Shown here piece after piece: positions 48,412 to 59,895 of a stretch of DNA of 64,000 nucleotides (within the stretch, counting starts at the first letter, position 1; every line of letters starts with the position of its first letter). Origin of the DNA: Selaginella moellendorffii (taxonomy: Eukaryota; Plantae; Lycopodiophyta); contig NW_003314322.1 of assembly GCF_000143415.4 (NCBI RefSeq), positions 1,190,067 to 1,254,066 on the forward strand, given 5' to 3'. A model generated the notes under the pieces. That model did not search any database. It saw only the letters and a program-made list of their open reading frames with translations, and was not told the DNA's origin. The translations under genes were made by a program, and so were the position numbers.

Positions 48412-50855
48412 GCTCTACTTCTTCCGAAACGCTGGAAGCATTAGCACAGGAGAAGCTACGAGCGAGTGCTCTGATTCTGGGGGCGCTCAAGGCATGCAGC
48501 AGCGCCAAGGATGGGAAGATCATCCATGGCAATGCCATCCAGTTTGGAGCGATTGCGAACCTTTACGTGGCCAGTGGTCTGGTTCATATGTACGCTCGAT
48601 GCGGCAGCATGGTGGATTCGCAGCGGGTCTTCGATGGGATGGTCCAGCACGATGGGGTGTCGTGGAACTCGCTGATTCAAGGCTATGCCACCAATGGGGA
48701 AATGCCGAGAGCGTTGGGCATTTTGTCGCTGATGATCTGGGAGAGTGAGAAGAGTTCTTCCGTGATTCCGACACCTCGGACCTTTGTCGCTGCACTCAAG
48801 GGGTGTAGCAAGTTGGCGGTGGAAGAAGATGGAAGGCTGGTCAATGGAAAGCTTGTCAAGGTTTCTTCGCTCCAGAAAGTTTCGGAGATTCACTTGGTGG
48901 CTGCGAAGTATGGAAGGACAGACTCGACAAGCGTTTTCGTTGGCAACTCGCTGGTGGATTTGTATGCCAAGTGTGGGAGCCTGGAGGATGCTCGTCGGGT
49001 GTTTGATCGGATGGATAATCGCGACAGGGTTTCATGGAACGTTTTGATGGCCGGATGTGCTTTTCACGGGGAGGAGGAGGCGAGTTTGGAGCTGTTCGAG
49101 CGGATGCTACTCCAGGGCTATGCAGCGAACTCTCGGAGCTTTGTCACGGCACTCAAGGCCTGCTCGAGTCTGGCAGAGAAGGAAGAAGCGATCAAGGGCT
49201 CACGGGATGGACAGTTTGTGAAGATCGTGGCTTTGGAGAAAGCTATGGCTATACACTCGCAGGCTGAGAGACTTGGCTTGGATGTTTACATGGCCAGCGC
49301 AGTGATCAGTCTATATGCAAGGTGTGGAAGCATCGTGAACGGGCTAAAGGTTTTCGACAGGATGCTGTGCCGTGATCTCGTGATGTGGAACACGATGATT
49401 CTCGGGTGTGCCGAGAACCATGACGCGGAGCTCTCTTTGGAACTGTTCGAGGCGATGAGCAAGCATAGCTGTGAAGCTCCGAATGCTCGAACTTTAGTTG
49501 CGGTGCTCAAGGCATGCGTATATCTGGCCGAGAAAGAAGAAGAAGCGCAGGAGATTTGTGGGAAGAAGATTAGAGTCATGCTGCTCGAGCGAGGCATGGC
49601 TTTGCATGCTCGAGCCAAGGCAACCATGGAACTCAATGGCTTTCTAGCTTGCGCTCTCGTCGACCTGTACTCCAAAAGTGGGAGCTTGGTGGACAGTATG
49701 GCCGTGTTCGAAGCTATGGCGCATGATCCAGATGTTACGTTGTGGACTGCTTTGATCACCGGGTGTGCTGACAATGGGGAAGAAGATCTAGCTCTTGAGC
49801 TCTTCTCTCAGATGCAAAGTCATGGAGGTTGTGCACCGGACGCTCATAGTTTTGTAGCGGCAATACGAGCTTGCGGGTCTAGCTTGGCAGCAGCGAAAGA
49901 ATCCAGGGAGACGAAAGTGCTCGTGTGCTTGGAGAGAGGCATGGCTCTCCACTTCGAAGCTGCGAAACAAGGATTTGTATCGAACAAGTTCCTGGCCAGC
50001 GCTCTAGTCGACATGTACGTGAGATGCTCGAGCATGGACGATGCTCGCAGGGTTTTTGCTGCGATCCAGCGTCCGGAGGTGGCAACTTGGAACACACTGC
50101 TTCTGGGATACGTAGAAAGCGGGCAAGGGGAGCTAGCTCTCGAGACTTACGAGCAAATGAAAGCTCGCGGTGGTCTGGAACCGAATGCTTCGACTCTTGG
50201 CCTCGCACTGAGGGCCTGTGGAGTGGCGAGAAGATTGGAAACTGGGAAGAGAGTCCATGGTGAGCTATGCAGGAGAGGCCTTGAAAGCGATGCTGTTCTA
50301 GCAACGTCGCTCATAGATTTCTACGCAAAGTTTGGCAGTCTAGACAACTCTCGCCAAGTGTTCGACTCGGTTTCTACAAGGGACGTGATCACCTGGAACG
50401 CATTGATAGCAGGATGGAGCAGCCAGGGGAGCTACACGAATTCTCTTGCATTGTTCTACGCCATGCAAGACGAGGATCTAAGGCCCAGCAGTGTCACCTT
50501 CGTCTCGCTTCTCAACGCTTGCAGCCATGCCGGGATGGTTGAGAGGGCGAGGAAGATCTTTCGTGCAATGGAGGAGTCGTCCAAGTTTGCCGTGACGCCT
50601 GGTATCGAGCACTATGGCTGCATGATCGATGTGCTTTGTCGAGCAAACCAGCTCGATGACGCAGTGGCTATGGTGCGAGGCATGCCTGTGGAAGCCAATG
50701 CCGTGGCCTGGACGATCATTCTCAACGAGTGCTGGAAGCGGCAAAACTTGGTGGTGGGAGCGCTTGCATTCGACGCACTACAGAGAATGGGTTTTACCAC
50801 ATCCTCGGCCTTCACCTTGATGACCAGAACTGAAGGAGCTGGACAAAGTTTATAA
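48354..50855 (+). CDS. Second PLS-E PPR ORF (833 codons); first in-frame ATG only at 48588
   Basis: Same repeat class; LNACSHAGMV, EHYGCMIDVLCRA; ends within the E region. Confidence 0.88.
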   Translation: MGRTGTSSQAKEELVLGNLSSTSSETLEALAQEKLRASALILGALKACSSAKDGKIIHGNAIQFGAIANLYVASGLVHMYARCGSMVDSQRVFDGMVQHDGVSWNSLIQGYATNGEMPRALGILSLMIWESEKSSSVIPTPRTFVAALKGCSKLAVEEDGRLVNGKLVKVSSLQKVSEIHLVAAKYGRTDSTSVFVGNSLVDLYAKCGSLEDARRVFDRMDNRDRVSWNVLMAGCAFHGEEEASLELFERMLLQGYAANSRSFVTALKACSSLAEKEEAIKGSRDGQFVKIVALEKAMAIHSQAERLGLDVYMASAVISLYARCGSIVNGLKVFDRMLCRDLVMWNTMILGCAENHDAELSLELFEAMSKHSCEAPNARTLVAVLKACVYLAEKEEEAQEICGKKIRVMLLERGMALHARAKATMELNGFLACALVDLYSKSGSLVDSMAVFEAMAHDPDVTLWTALITGCADNGEEDLALELFSQMQSHGGCAPDAHSFVAAIRACGSSLAAAKESRETKVLVCLERGMALHFEAAKQGFVSNKFLASALVDMYVRCSSMDDARRVFAAIQRPEVATWNTLLLGYVESGQGELALETYEQMKARGGLEPNASTLGLALRACGVARRLETGKRVHGELCRRGLESDAVLATSLIDFYAKFGSLDNSRQVFDSVSTRDVITWNALIAGWSSQGSYTNSLALFYAMQDEDLRPSSVTFVSLLNACSHAGMVERARKIFRAMEESSKFAVTPGIEHYGCMIDVLCRANQLDDAVAMVRGMPVEANAVAWTIILNECWKRQNLVVGALAFDALQRMGFTTSSAFTLMTRTEGAGQSL

Positions 50856-52012
50856 AGAGACTTCATCTATATCAAACACGTACAAGCAAGCTAGCTGTTT
50901 AGCTGGCGAGCCGATCCACATCGTCGTGCAGGCCCTGTTTGATAATCAAAGCCCGAGGTTTGCTTTGTATCTTTCCATTTGCTCGAGTAGAAATCTTATC
51001 TTGTAAGTTTTTTCTTGGCTTAATTTTCAATTTCTGGTCTTATAGACTCAGCAGCAAGCTGAAAGAAGAAAAGTCAAAGTGAAACACTGAGCACGAGAAT
51101 TTCAGTCAAGCTGTGTTTTTTATATATGTTTTGATCTTACAAGAAAAAACAATGCAGGAGATATACTCTTGTTATTCTCAATTGTCAAAAAAAAAAAAAA
51201 AAGTGGAGTGCGTGCCTGATCCAAATTTTAGGCCTTCAAACAAGTTCCCTCCCGAGACCTTGATAAGAATGGCTACGAAAATTAGTGTGTTGATTCTTGT
51301 TCTTCCTTTCTAACTAATTCATTTTCTTTGAATCGAATTGGATCAGGGGATTTCTTTTTACTATGCTTGACACATATGTCATGATTAGAGCACGCTTTCT
51401 CTCCTATGCTCGATCGAGTTCAATGCGTGGGTTGATCCGGGCTGAGTCTTGCATCCTGAAAAACTCTGGTCATGGCGTCGATCGATGCTCAAACTAAAAT
51501 CTGTTCGTTAATCGATGCAGCTCCTTATGCGGGATCTTAAGTCCTGGACGTCGATGATAGCCTCTTTTGCTTTCCAATGGAGATTCTCGCCGATCCAAGC
51601 ATGGTCGCCTAGAATGCAATGCTAGCTGCGTATATTAGGAATAAGATTGTGTTACAGTCCGAGATGGAGGAAATTTCTACTGCCATGCCTGGATATTGCA
51701 AACCAGAAAAGTCATAGTGGAACACAGTAAGCTGGTCCCGCGGTATTGACTCTATCGCAATTATTTTGTCAATCGTTTTTACCAGTCTCCAGTCTAAAAG
51801 TAAAGAAATAACATCAAGAAAAACTCAGAAAAATCATTTAGAAATCACAGTAGTTCGTCTGAAATAAAATACGCTCCTCTTAGTGTACATATTTAGAGTC
51901 AAGGCTTAAAACAACCAGCAACCACCGTTCCTCTGTCTCTGAAACCACAAGGAGTCCAGAAATAATTTATGCGCATACAAGGTTATTGGATTGAACTCCA
52001 AGATCCATGACT

Positions 52013-52423
52013 TCAATTCTCTTCTTTAGACAGCTTGCTTATGTTCGAGGCAGCAAAAGACGCCTCCCAATTCTTTCCATCGAAGCACTTGACTTGGACG
52101 TCGCGCAGCGTGCCAGGATCCACACAATGCACAGTCACAGACACCCCGTCCGGATTGGAGCGCGGCTTATAGTAGGAGCAGATCCCACACACCTTGCAAA
52201 ACAGATGCTTGGCCTGGTGCGTCCCAAACGTGTAGAGCGAGAGCCACTCCTCGGATCCGGGCTGAAGCCGAAACCTGGCCTCAGGAACAATGAAACTCGT
52301 GTTCCTTCGCATGGCACAATTGGAGCAATCGCACTCCCACACAACAACGCTGGCCGGGGCGTCCACCTCCCACCGCACGCGACCGCAGTGGCAGCCGCCC
52401 TTGTGTGTCACAAGGCCCTCCAT
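52013..52423 (-). CDS. CENP-V/GFA-domain protein, copy 1
   Basis: HKGGCHCGRVRW, CDCSNC, YTFGTHQAKHLFCKVCG, PRSNPDG, FDGKNWE. Confidence 0.9.
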   Translation of the reverse strand: MEGLVTHKGGCHCGRVRWEVDAPASVVVWECDCSNCAMRRNTSFIVPEARFRLQPGSEEWLSLYTFGTHQAKHLFCKVCGICSYYKPRSNPDGVSVTVHCVDPGTLRDVQVKCFDGKNWEASFAASNISKLSKEEN

Positions 52424-52949
52424 CGCACAAACACAAGCTCACTAGATCACTGAATTCTCTATACCCGAGGATAACGCTTTTACGGAATTTCCCAACTTTT
52501 GCAATAAAAGCCATCACAATCACACCTGATTCTAATGCTTAATTGTGAAGGCTCCTCATATAAATCCTACATACCTTCACATTTTAACAACGCTTTGTGG
52601 TGCTTACTTGATTAAAGTGAGACCATTTGGAGGTCCCACTTAAAAAGCTGGTCCCGCAGTATTGACTCTATTGCAATTGTTTTGTCATTCGTTCTTACCA
52701 GTTTCCAGTCGAAAAGTAAGGAAATAACATCAAGAAAAACTCAGAAAAATCATTTAAAAATCACAGTATCTTTCTGAGTTCATCTGAAATAAAACACGCT
52801 CCTCTTAGTGTACATATTCAGAGTCAAGGCTTAAAACAACCAGCAACCACCGGTCCTCTGTCTCTCAAACCACAAGGAGTCCAGAAATAATTTATGCGCA
52901 TACAAAGTTATTGGATTGAACTAATGGCTAATGTCCAAGATCCATGACT

Positions 52950-53357
52950 TCAATTCTCTCCTTTAGACAGCTTGCTTGTGTCCGAGGCAGCAAAAGACGC
53001 GTCATTCTTTCCGTCGAAGCACTTGACTTGGACGTCGCGCAGCGTGCCAGGATCCACACAATGCACAGTCACAGCCACCACGTCCGGATTGATGCGCGGC
53101 TTAAAGTAGGAGCAAATCCCACACACCTTGCAAAACAGATGCTTGGCCTGGTGCGTCCCAAACGTGTAGAGCGAGAGCCACTCCTCGGAGCCGGGCTGAA
53201 GCCGAAACCTGGCCTCGGGAACAATGAAATGCGTGTTCCTTCGCATGGCACAATTGGAGCAATTGCACTCCCACACAACAACGCTGGCCGGGGCGTCCAC
53301 CTCCCACCGCACGCGGCCGCAGTGGCAGCCGCCTTTGTGTGTCACAAGGCCCTCCAT
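52950..53357 (-). CDS. CENP-V/GFA-domain protein, copy 2
   Basis: Near-identical to copy 1, with flanking DNA also duplicated (period ~930 bp). Confidence 0.88.
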   Translation of the reverse strand: MEGLVTHKGGCHCGRVRWEVDAPASVVVWECNCSNCAMRRNTHFIVPEARFRLQPGSEEWLSLYTFGTHQAKHLFCKVCGICSYFKPRINPDVVAVTVHCVDPGTLRDVQVKCFDGKNDASFAASDTSKLSKGEN

Positions 53358-53479
53358 CGCTCTAGATCCACAAACACAAGCTCACTAGATCACTGAATTC
53401 TCTATACCTGAGGATAACGATGCCAAAATGAGAACAGTGTTTACCTATGGACTCTTTTTTTATCTTTAGTATGATGACG

Positions 53480-53665
53480 CCGACCTCGAATCGCGATGAG
53501 CAGTATGAGCTACGTCGGTACGATCGGCCTCGTCGAGGGCTCCAGTAGGGAGAGTAGCCAGGCGACGCTGAGCGTTCCCTTCTGCCACGAGAAGATGGGG
53601 AGTATCCCCTCCTTGAAGAATGCCTGTACTCGCTGCGTCTCCTTGAGTAGGCTGTCGAAATCAAA
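53480..53665 (-). pseudogene. RS-rich SR-protein exon fragment
   Basis: RRGYSPSSRGRRERSASPGYSPYWSPRRGRSYRR. Confidence 0.45.
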
Positions 53666-54120
53666 CATGGAAGTCATCAAAGAGACGTAAGAAAAAAGGA
53701 AAGAAACAGAGGCTTGAGAAGCGAAGGAACTTACAGACTTCTCCTATGCAATGTGGCAATTTCTCAGAGAGGCCAAGTTTTTCAGGAACCCAGCTATCTG
53801 GGTTCAAATCCTGGCAATGGATGCAAGATTTTCCTTTTCTTTTCCATCTGATTCAATTCACCGCAGTTTCAATTAGCATTCATGGCGTGGAACACCAAAA
53901 CTCGTGCATGAGTGCTGTGTGGTGTGGATGTAAGAGCAACCTCAACAGCTTTGCAGCATGTCCAGGAGAGAGGATTTTTAACCCAATTTTCAGTACTGAT
54001 TTCCTTTGAAATTATTCAGAGATGAAGTAGTTTCACAACACCCATTATGAAGCACCAAAACATTTGGAAGTGCTTTGTTACAATGTTCGCACCTACGGTG
54101 AGAATATATAAAGATAGAAT

Positions 54121-54284
54121 TGCTTAACCCTGGCCCCCGTCATGTCTATCACGCGTTAAGTCGGTGCGTTTCATGGCTGGATTTGACATTTCCATTCGTT
54201 AAGTCGGCGTGTTCCATGGCTGGATTTCGTTAAGTCACAGCGGCTTCGCTCCATCCATGGCAGCTTGTCGCTAAGTTCTTGAGC
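54121..54284. mobile_element. 164-bp insertion flanked by TAGAAT direct repeats
   Basis: Absent from copy A (aaagatagagtaatgcacc at ~3992-4010); CGTTAAGTC occurs three times inside. Confidence 0.6.
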
Positions 54285-54764
54285 TAGAATAATGCACCAT
54301 CTTTGTTAAAATGCAGAGAAACAGTCTGTATGTCTTGCTATTTAACTATTACTTATTGGAGTCTTCCACCACGTAAGCGCTGAGAGTTTCCATGATGTAT
54401 ATTTTAACATAGTGGATTGATATTGGAGCGAACAAGGAGTTGCTGGAACTTGGGCATTGCATCAGACCCATCTTGAAACACAAACCAAAGAAACTTTTTT
54501 ATGAAGTCCAGATTTAAGAAAAGAATCAACGTGAATCCCCCACTAGATACAACAGTTTAGAAATCCTTTTTCACCAGACCAAGCAGCATCCATATCTGGG
54601 TTTGCTTTCAAGGCCACCTCGCACAAAGCTCTTCTTCTTCTCGCAGAACTCCCTAGAACTTGCTCTGAGACATCACTTTGAAGTGTTTGTAAAGCAGCTT
54701 TTCCTCACTCAATAACTTATATGGTGAGGACCATCATTTGCTTGGACATATACAACAGGCAATG

Positions 54765-55400
54765 TTATTGGTAGGTTTTCACTGCCAAACTGCTGAAGTT
54801 CATCGTGGGCACCTCGGTCACCGGCGTCACGGGCAGCACCTGGATGCCCAGCCGGACCTCCAGCCACTCGGGCGGACCGAACCAGAGAGCCGTGTCGCGC
54901 TTGTTGGCCCAGAGCACCCCGATCATCCGGTTGCGCGCCACAAACTCGGCCTCGTACAGCTCGCTGCCCAGCGGTACGTGCCACAGCGACTGCACGGCGT
55001 GCGTCTCGAAGGCCACCAGCGTGACGCCGAGCTCGGCCAGCGCCGCGTCGTGGAAGGCGGAGCCCAGCAGCGACGCCGCGTAGTACGAGTTGACGGCCTC
55101 GCTGGTGCTCTCCTGGTTGCGGCCCTCGGCGAAGTTCTTGAGCCACGAGTGCATGAGCCAGTGGTGATCGTTGTACATTCCAAGGCCAAAGTCGGCACCA
55201 CTGTTGGCAGCACCGTCGCTGCTCCCCACTGGCGATCGTAGCCAATGCTGTTACTCATGTTTAGATTGACAGCGTGGTTACTGTCCAGCCACTGCGGCTA
55301 TGAGCGCGAGCCGCGCAGCACGGGCAGCGGCCTTGCCGAAGAAGTACGTGGACGAGTTCACTATGACGCCCGGGAGGTCATATAAGGCATACAAGGCCAT
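54765..55400 (-). pseudogene. GH81 endo-1,3-beta-glucanase / beta-glucan-binding protein, internally deleted
   Basis: STYFFGKAAARAARLALIA, DFG..YNDHH, GRNQESTSEAVNSYY, GVLWANKRD..WF.PPEW..RLGIQ. Confidence 0.85.
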
Positions 55401-56523
55401 CTGGAGTGGCAGAGGTGATGGCATGATCAAGTACGTGATAGGGACTCCTAGTTTTGTCAAGAGCGTTAGTAACCACTGCGGTTGGTTATCTTTATTACAA
55501 AGCATCAATGCTATGGAGATGGCTTAAACTCAAGACACTCAGTGTGAGAAGACTCACTAAATAAAAGTTCTAAAGCAAACTGGAGCTGATATATTATTTT
55601 TCTTTTTGTTTTCTTCTGGGTGGAGTCTTGAATAGGGAAGAAATAAGAAGAAAAGATGGTGACTTTGTGCATTTATGCAAATTGGAAATCTCAACAGATG
55701 GCATGTTGTGGAATGGAAAGTAATATTGCATTCAACCATTTTGTTTAAGGATTTGAGTCAATTCTTTTGAACCTGAATTTCTTTTTATCTGTAAGAGTCT
55801 TAACCATGTTGGTTTCACCAAGAACCAGTATATGCTCCTGTGTGGGGAACGATTTGTGAAGGCCCCTTGTAAAGTGCTGCGTGAGGCGTTCATTTTGGCA
55901 TACATCAAGGATCTTAAGGCTCTTGCGTCGCTTGAGGATTTTGAAAGCGAGGAAGATGTTGAAATGGTTCTATGGTTGAGGACTGAGACGGTGCACATAG
56001 TTGTGGACTATGCGAACTTGATGGTTTGCGATCGAAGTAAGAGCCTTTGGTCGCAAAGGTGAAGGCTCCGGTTCCCAGGCTGTCACAAACAACCACCCAA
56101 ACGTTGGTGTGTTATCCAGGGAGATTCCGAAGAAGCTTCAGTAGGAAAACTTCCGAGTTTAAATTCAGTCCGGTTTTGTGTTTGTTTCTCGCTCTGCAGG
56201 AGGATGAAGCTGTCGCTTACTTGAAGCATACATCAGGCAAAACCGAAGAGGTGTGTCAATTACGTGCAAGGAGGATCCATCATTATACTGGCTGGGTGCC
56301 GGGGCTGCTTTCGCAATACCTGACGAAAAAATGCGTAGTCAAGCAGACTAGGAGATTGCTGCTAAAAGGTGTTTCGGATGCTTTGCATTCGGACGACGAG
56401 GTTCTCACAGCTGTCGCAGAAGGGCGTTTGAAATACGAGCTGTCAGATGCTTTGGATTCCGGGTGCTACTTCTGAGGGCAAGATGGCAAGGGCCGCTGCT
56501 TGGCACCATCAATGCTGCATGGC

Positions 56524-58980
56524 CGCTAGAGAAATCCTCGATTTCATTCGTTATGAAATATCAATTAAATTCCTTTCACATATGCACGTGACGTGGCAAT
56601 CTTGGCTTATGTGGCAAGTGATGTGCCACATCACTTGCCGGAGGACCCTTGGTTTTTTTTATTTCTTTTTCTTTCGTCTAAACTTTGCTATGCAGGTTAC
56701 TTTGGGAACGCCTAAGTCGATTACAAACAATAGATGGCCTTCTCTTGGTACGAATTGGAAGGCAGAAGAGTACATAAAGTTTGTCCTGCTACAGACGACA
56801 GTTGTGGCTCTCGAAACAGAGACTCGCTGGAGGCGCTGGAGGAGAGAGGCAGCATCCAGGTATTGAAATCCAGTACCTCCGATCTGATCTTTTGGCCACC
56901 ATGGCGATTCCAAGTCCTTAGCTGCCGCTGCATGCTCTGCGGATATTGGAGCTCCGATCAACATCGCTGATGAAGAGGTGGATTGCGATGAAGAGGTGAA
57001 TGAAGAGGTGAATCTGGATGAAGAGGTTTTAAATGTGGTGACCAAGCAGGATGCCGGTGATGCAAATTCCTGACAACAAAAGTTGGAACTTCATATTTCT
57101 ACGATAAGAACAGGTTTTGTTTGTGATCATGACAATCTCGTCCATACTCATATTTTTATGCAGGTATCAACTCAGATTTCCTCCTGTAAAGAGAACGGCC
57201 CAGGAGATGCTAGCAGCGATTGATCAATAAAAAAATACAAAGGACTTGACAAAAGTAAAGAGGACATACTAACAGCTGCTGGACTGAGTGGAGAGTCAAT
57301 CTTATGGAGGCTCCATCATCTATACTCCTTCAATCCTATCTCAGTTTCTCATAGATCCCATGCGCCGACTTTGCTTGAACCTTTTCAAAATATTTTGCGA
57401 TTACTTGCTTTCGCTCACGACCATGAAGGATGGTATTGATTCTGCTCTGGAGAAGGTATGATCCTTGGTTTTTTTATTTCTTTTTCTTTCGTCTAAACTT
57501 TGCTATGCAGGTTACTTTTGCAGCGCCTAAGTCGATTACAAACAATAGATGGCCTTCTCTTGGTACGAATTGGAAGGCGGAAGAGTACATAAAGTTCGTC
57601 TTGTTACATAGACAGTTGTGGCTCTCGACACAGAGACTCGCGATATTGGTTGTATAATCATGGACATAGCACATCTCTGCTTTGTGAATTCGAAAGTCTA
57701 TGGCTGGAGCAACACCGATCGTACCACAGTTCAGAGGCTTTTAGTAGCTGCAAGAATAAAAAATCCTGGATTTGGTGCCACGACTGGAGCATTGCAGCAC
57801 ATGATTGGTGTGTTTGAGACCTTCTCCTGTTAGTGCTACAATGAATGTGTTTTCTTTTTACCAGGTGTGGAACTAGTCAATGATATTTCTCGACATGGTA
57901 GTCATTTGAGGTATTGGAGCTGGGAATTTGAGAGGTGTGTTAAAACGTTTCTCAAAGTTCCGCCTAACAACAAGGACGAAGAATTATCACACTTTACTAT
58001 GCTCGCATGACATAAGAAACTAGACGAAGATCAGGTGTGTTCTAGCTTTCTTGAGTGTGTTTTGCTTAGCTTTTACCATCTAACTCCTACAGCTTATACC
58101 GTCCAATCGAAACTCTAGACTTTATCAAAACTCCGTGATAAAGCCTGACGTTCCAAGCAAGCTGATCACCACTAGTTGTTTGAAGACATCGTCGATTGTT
58201 AAAGCTCGTGAGCTCTGGGAGCAAGGACGCAACATTTCTGATGAGATTTCTTTGCACCTGCTTGTAAAAGGTAAGAAAAACACTGATGTTTTAGGCTGAC
58301 TTCCAATCTAAATGCTTTCAGGCGTAGTTATTGGGAAGACAGTTTTGGAATTCAGAGTTATTCCTGGCGTTTCAAGCGGTCCAAGTTTTTAGAAAGGTCT
58401 TTTACGAGCAGCGAGCAGCAGCGAGCAGTAGGAAGCAGCAATGAGCAGCAGGGAGCAGTAGGGAGCAGTAGGGAGCAGCAGGGAGGAACTTGGCAGCGCA
58501 CTCCAGATGGCGCCAGCCAGGCATGAGATGACGATGAGCATGGAGTTGGCGGTGGACAAGGTGCTCAGCCTGAGGTGCTAGCAGGAGGAGAGCAGTGGCA
58601 AGGTGGTGGTGGCAGAGGAGGAGGAGCCTGATGTGGCTCAGCAGCTAGCAGCAGCAAGTGAGCCAGCAGCAGTGAGCAGCCCAGCAGCAGTGAGCAGCCA
58701 GCAGTAGAGAGCGGCACGAGCAGCAGCAGCGAGCTAGCTTGTAATTGAGCGAATCAATTCAATTAACGATTCAGATTTTTTTGCTGATGTGGCATTTTAT
58801 TGTCCACATAGGTAGTGATGTGTTAATTTAATGTGGCAATAGGCAATGTTATTGTGTAATTTAAAATTTTCACATATAAAGCTAAAATTAATTATAAATG
58901 AATTTGTGATGAAGGTTTAAAAAATTCACAAGTGTTTCATTTTAATTTCATTCATTGTGATAATTAATTTTTCTCTAGTG
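56524..58980 (+). mobile_element. Non-autonomous CACTA (En/Spm) transposon
   Basis: TIRs CGCTAGAGAAA...TTTCTCTAGTG; 3-bp TSD GGC; transposase remnants (ESILWRLHHLY..DPM, WKAEEY, YWSWEFER); empty site ctgcatGGCagcac at 6240-6253. Confidence 0.9.
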
Positions 58981-59423
58981 GGCAGCACAAGTTTACTTTT
59001 ATTCTAGCCTTATATTTCCATGGGGAATGAAAACAAACAAGATTTTCAAGATGGTGTTAGTTATATTGTTATAACATTGATGCCAACCATATAAAGCAGG
59101 TTAAAGACACTATAGTGACTAAATCTAATGCAATATCTAAAGAATGGCCAATTGTTAATATGGTCACACTCACTTTAGATAAGATTGAAAACCTTGAGAA
59201 ATCCACTTTCAATCTTGAAAGGAGAGTTGGAGACATGAGTGACAAAACTAAGATTATTCTCACAAAGCTGTATAAAAAACTAACAAAAGAAGGTAAGGTA
59301 GTTAAATTTATTGATACTATCTCCAAGCAAAAGTAAGGTTAAATAAGTTATGCTTAAGTGAGATTCTCTACATGAAGTACATCATTGCGCTTGCAAAGGA
59401 ATATATAGTCAAAACAGATGGTG

Positions 59424-59552
59424 GAGTACACAATTGCCATTCAAGACTTTCCTTTTTGCATATGTTTAGACTTTATGAAGTACGAAGAATATGGGAAGGC
59501 ATATACTCTTTACAAGCATATGTATTACATCTTTATTAATATCTTACACTAG
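59424..59552 (+). pseudogene. Degenerate SWIM zinc-finger fragment
   Basis: YTIAIQDFPFCICLDF...LYKHMYYIF resembles CxC..CKH with one Cys replaced by Tyr. Confidence 0.4.
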
Positions 59553-59895
59553 AATTCTAAAATAGATATTCATATATACTAAGCAAGCTTTACTATTGTT
59601 GAGTTGCAGAAAACTTTTGGAGCTAACTAAATTTTCTAAGACTATCAATGTTTATTCTCTATCAATAATATAAACTTATTATACTTTATATAATTAATTA
59701 TTTTTTTCATTTTACTTTTCATTTGATATACTTGCAAGTGTTCTTCTGTAATACTACCTATAGTATTCGTGTGTCTTTACCATCTCAAAAAATATTTCAT
59801 GGTAGTTTTTCGGGTGTGTGATGTTGGATGTATCGCGAAAGCATATATACTATCATATTGATCATCATTATTGTTTCCTTCAGAAGCTAGAAAAC

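Larger units (their letters stand above)
53788..56523 (+). repeat. Mosaic module, copy B
   Basis: Colinear with 3690-6253 apart from block indels. Confidence 0.9.
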
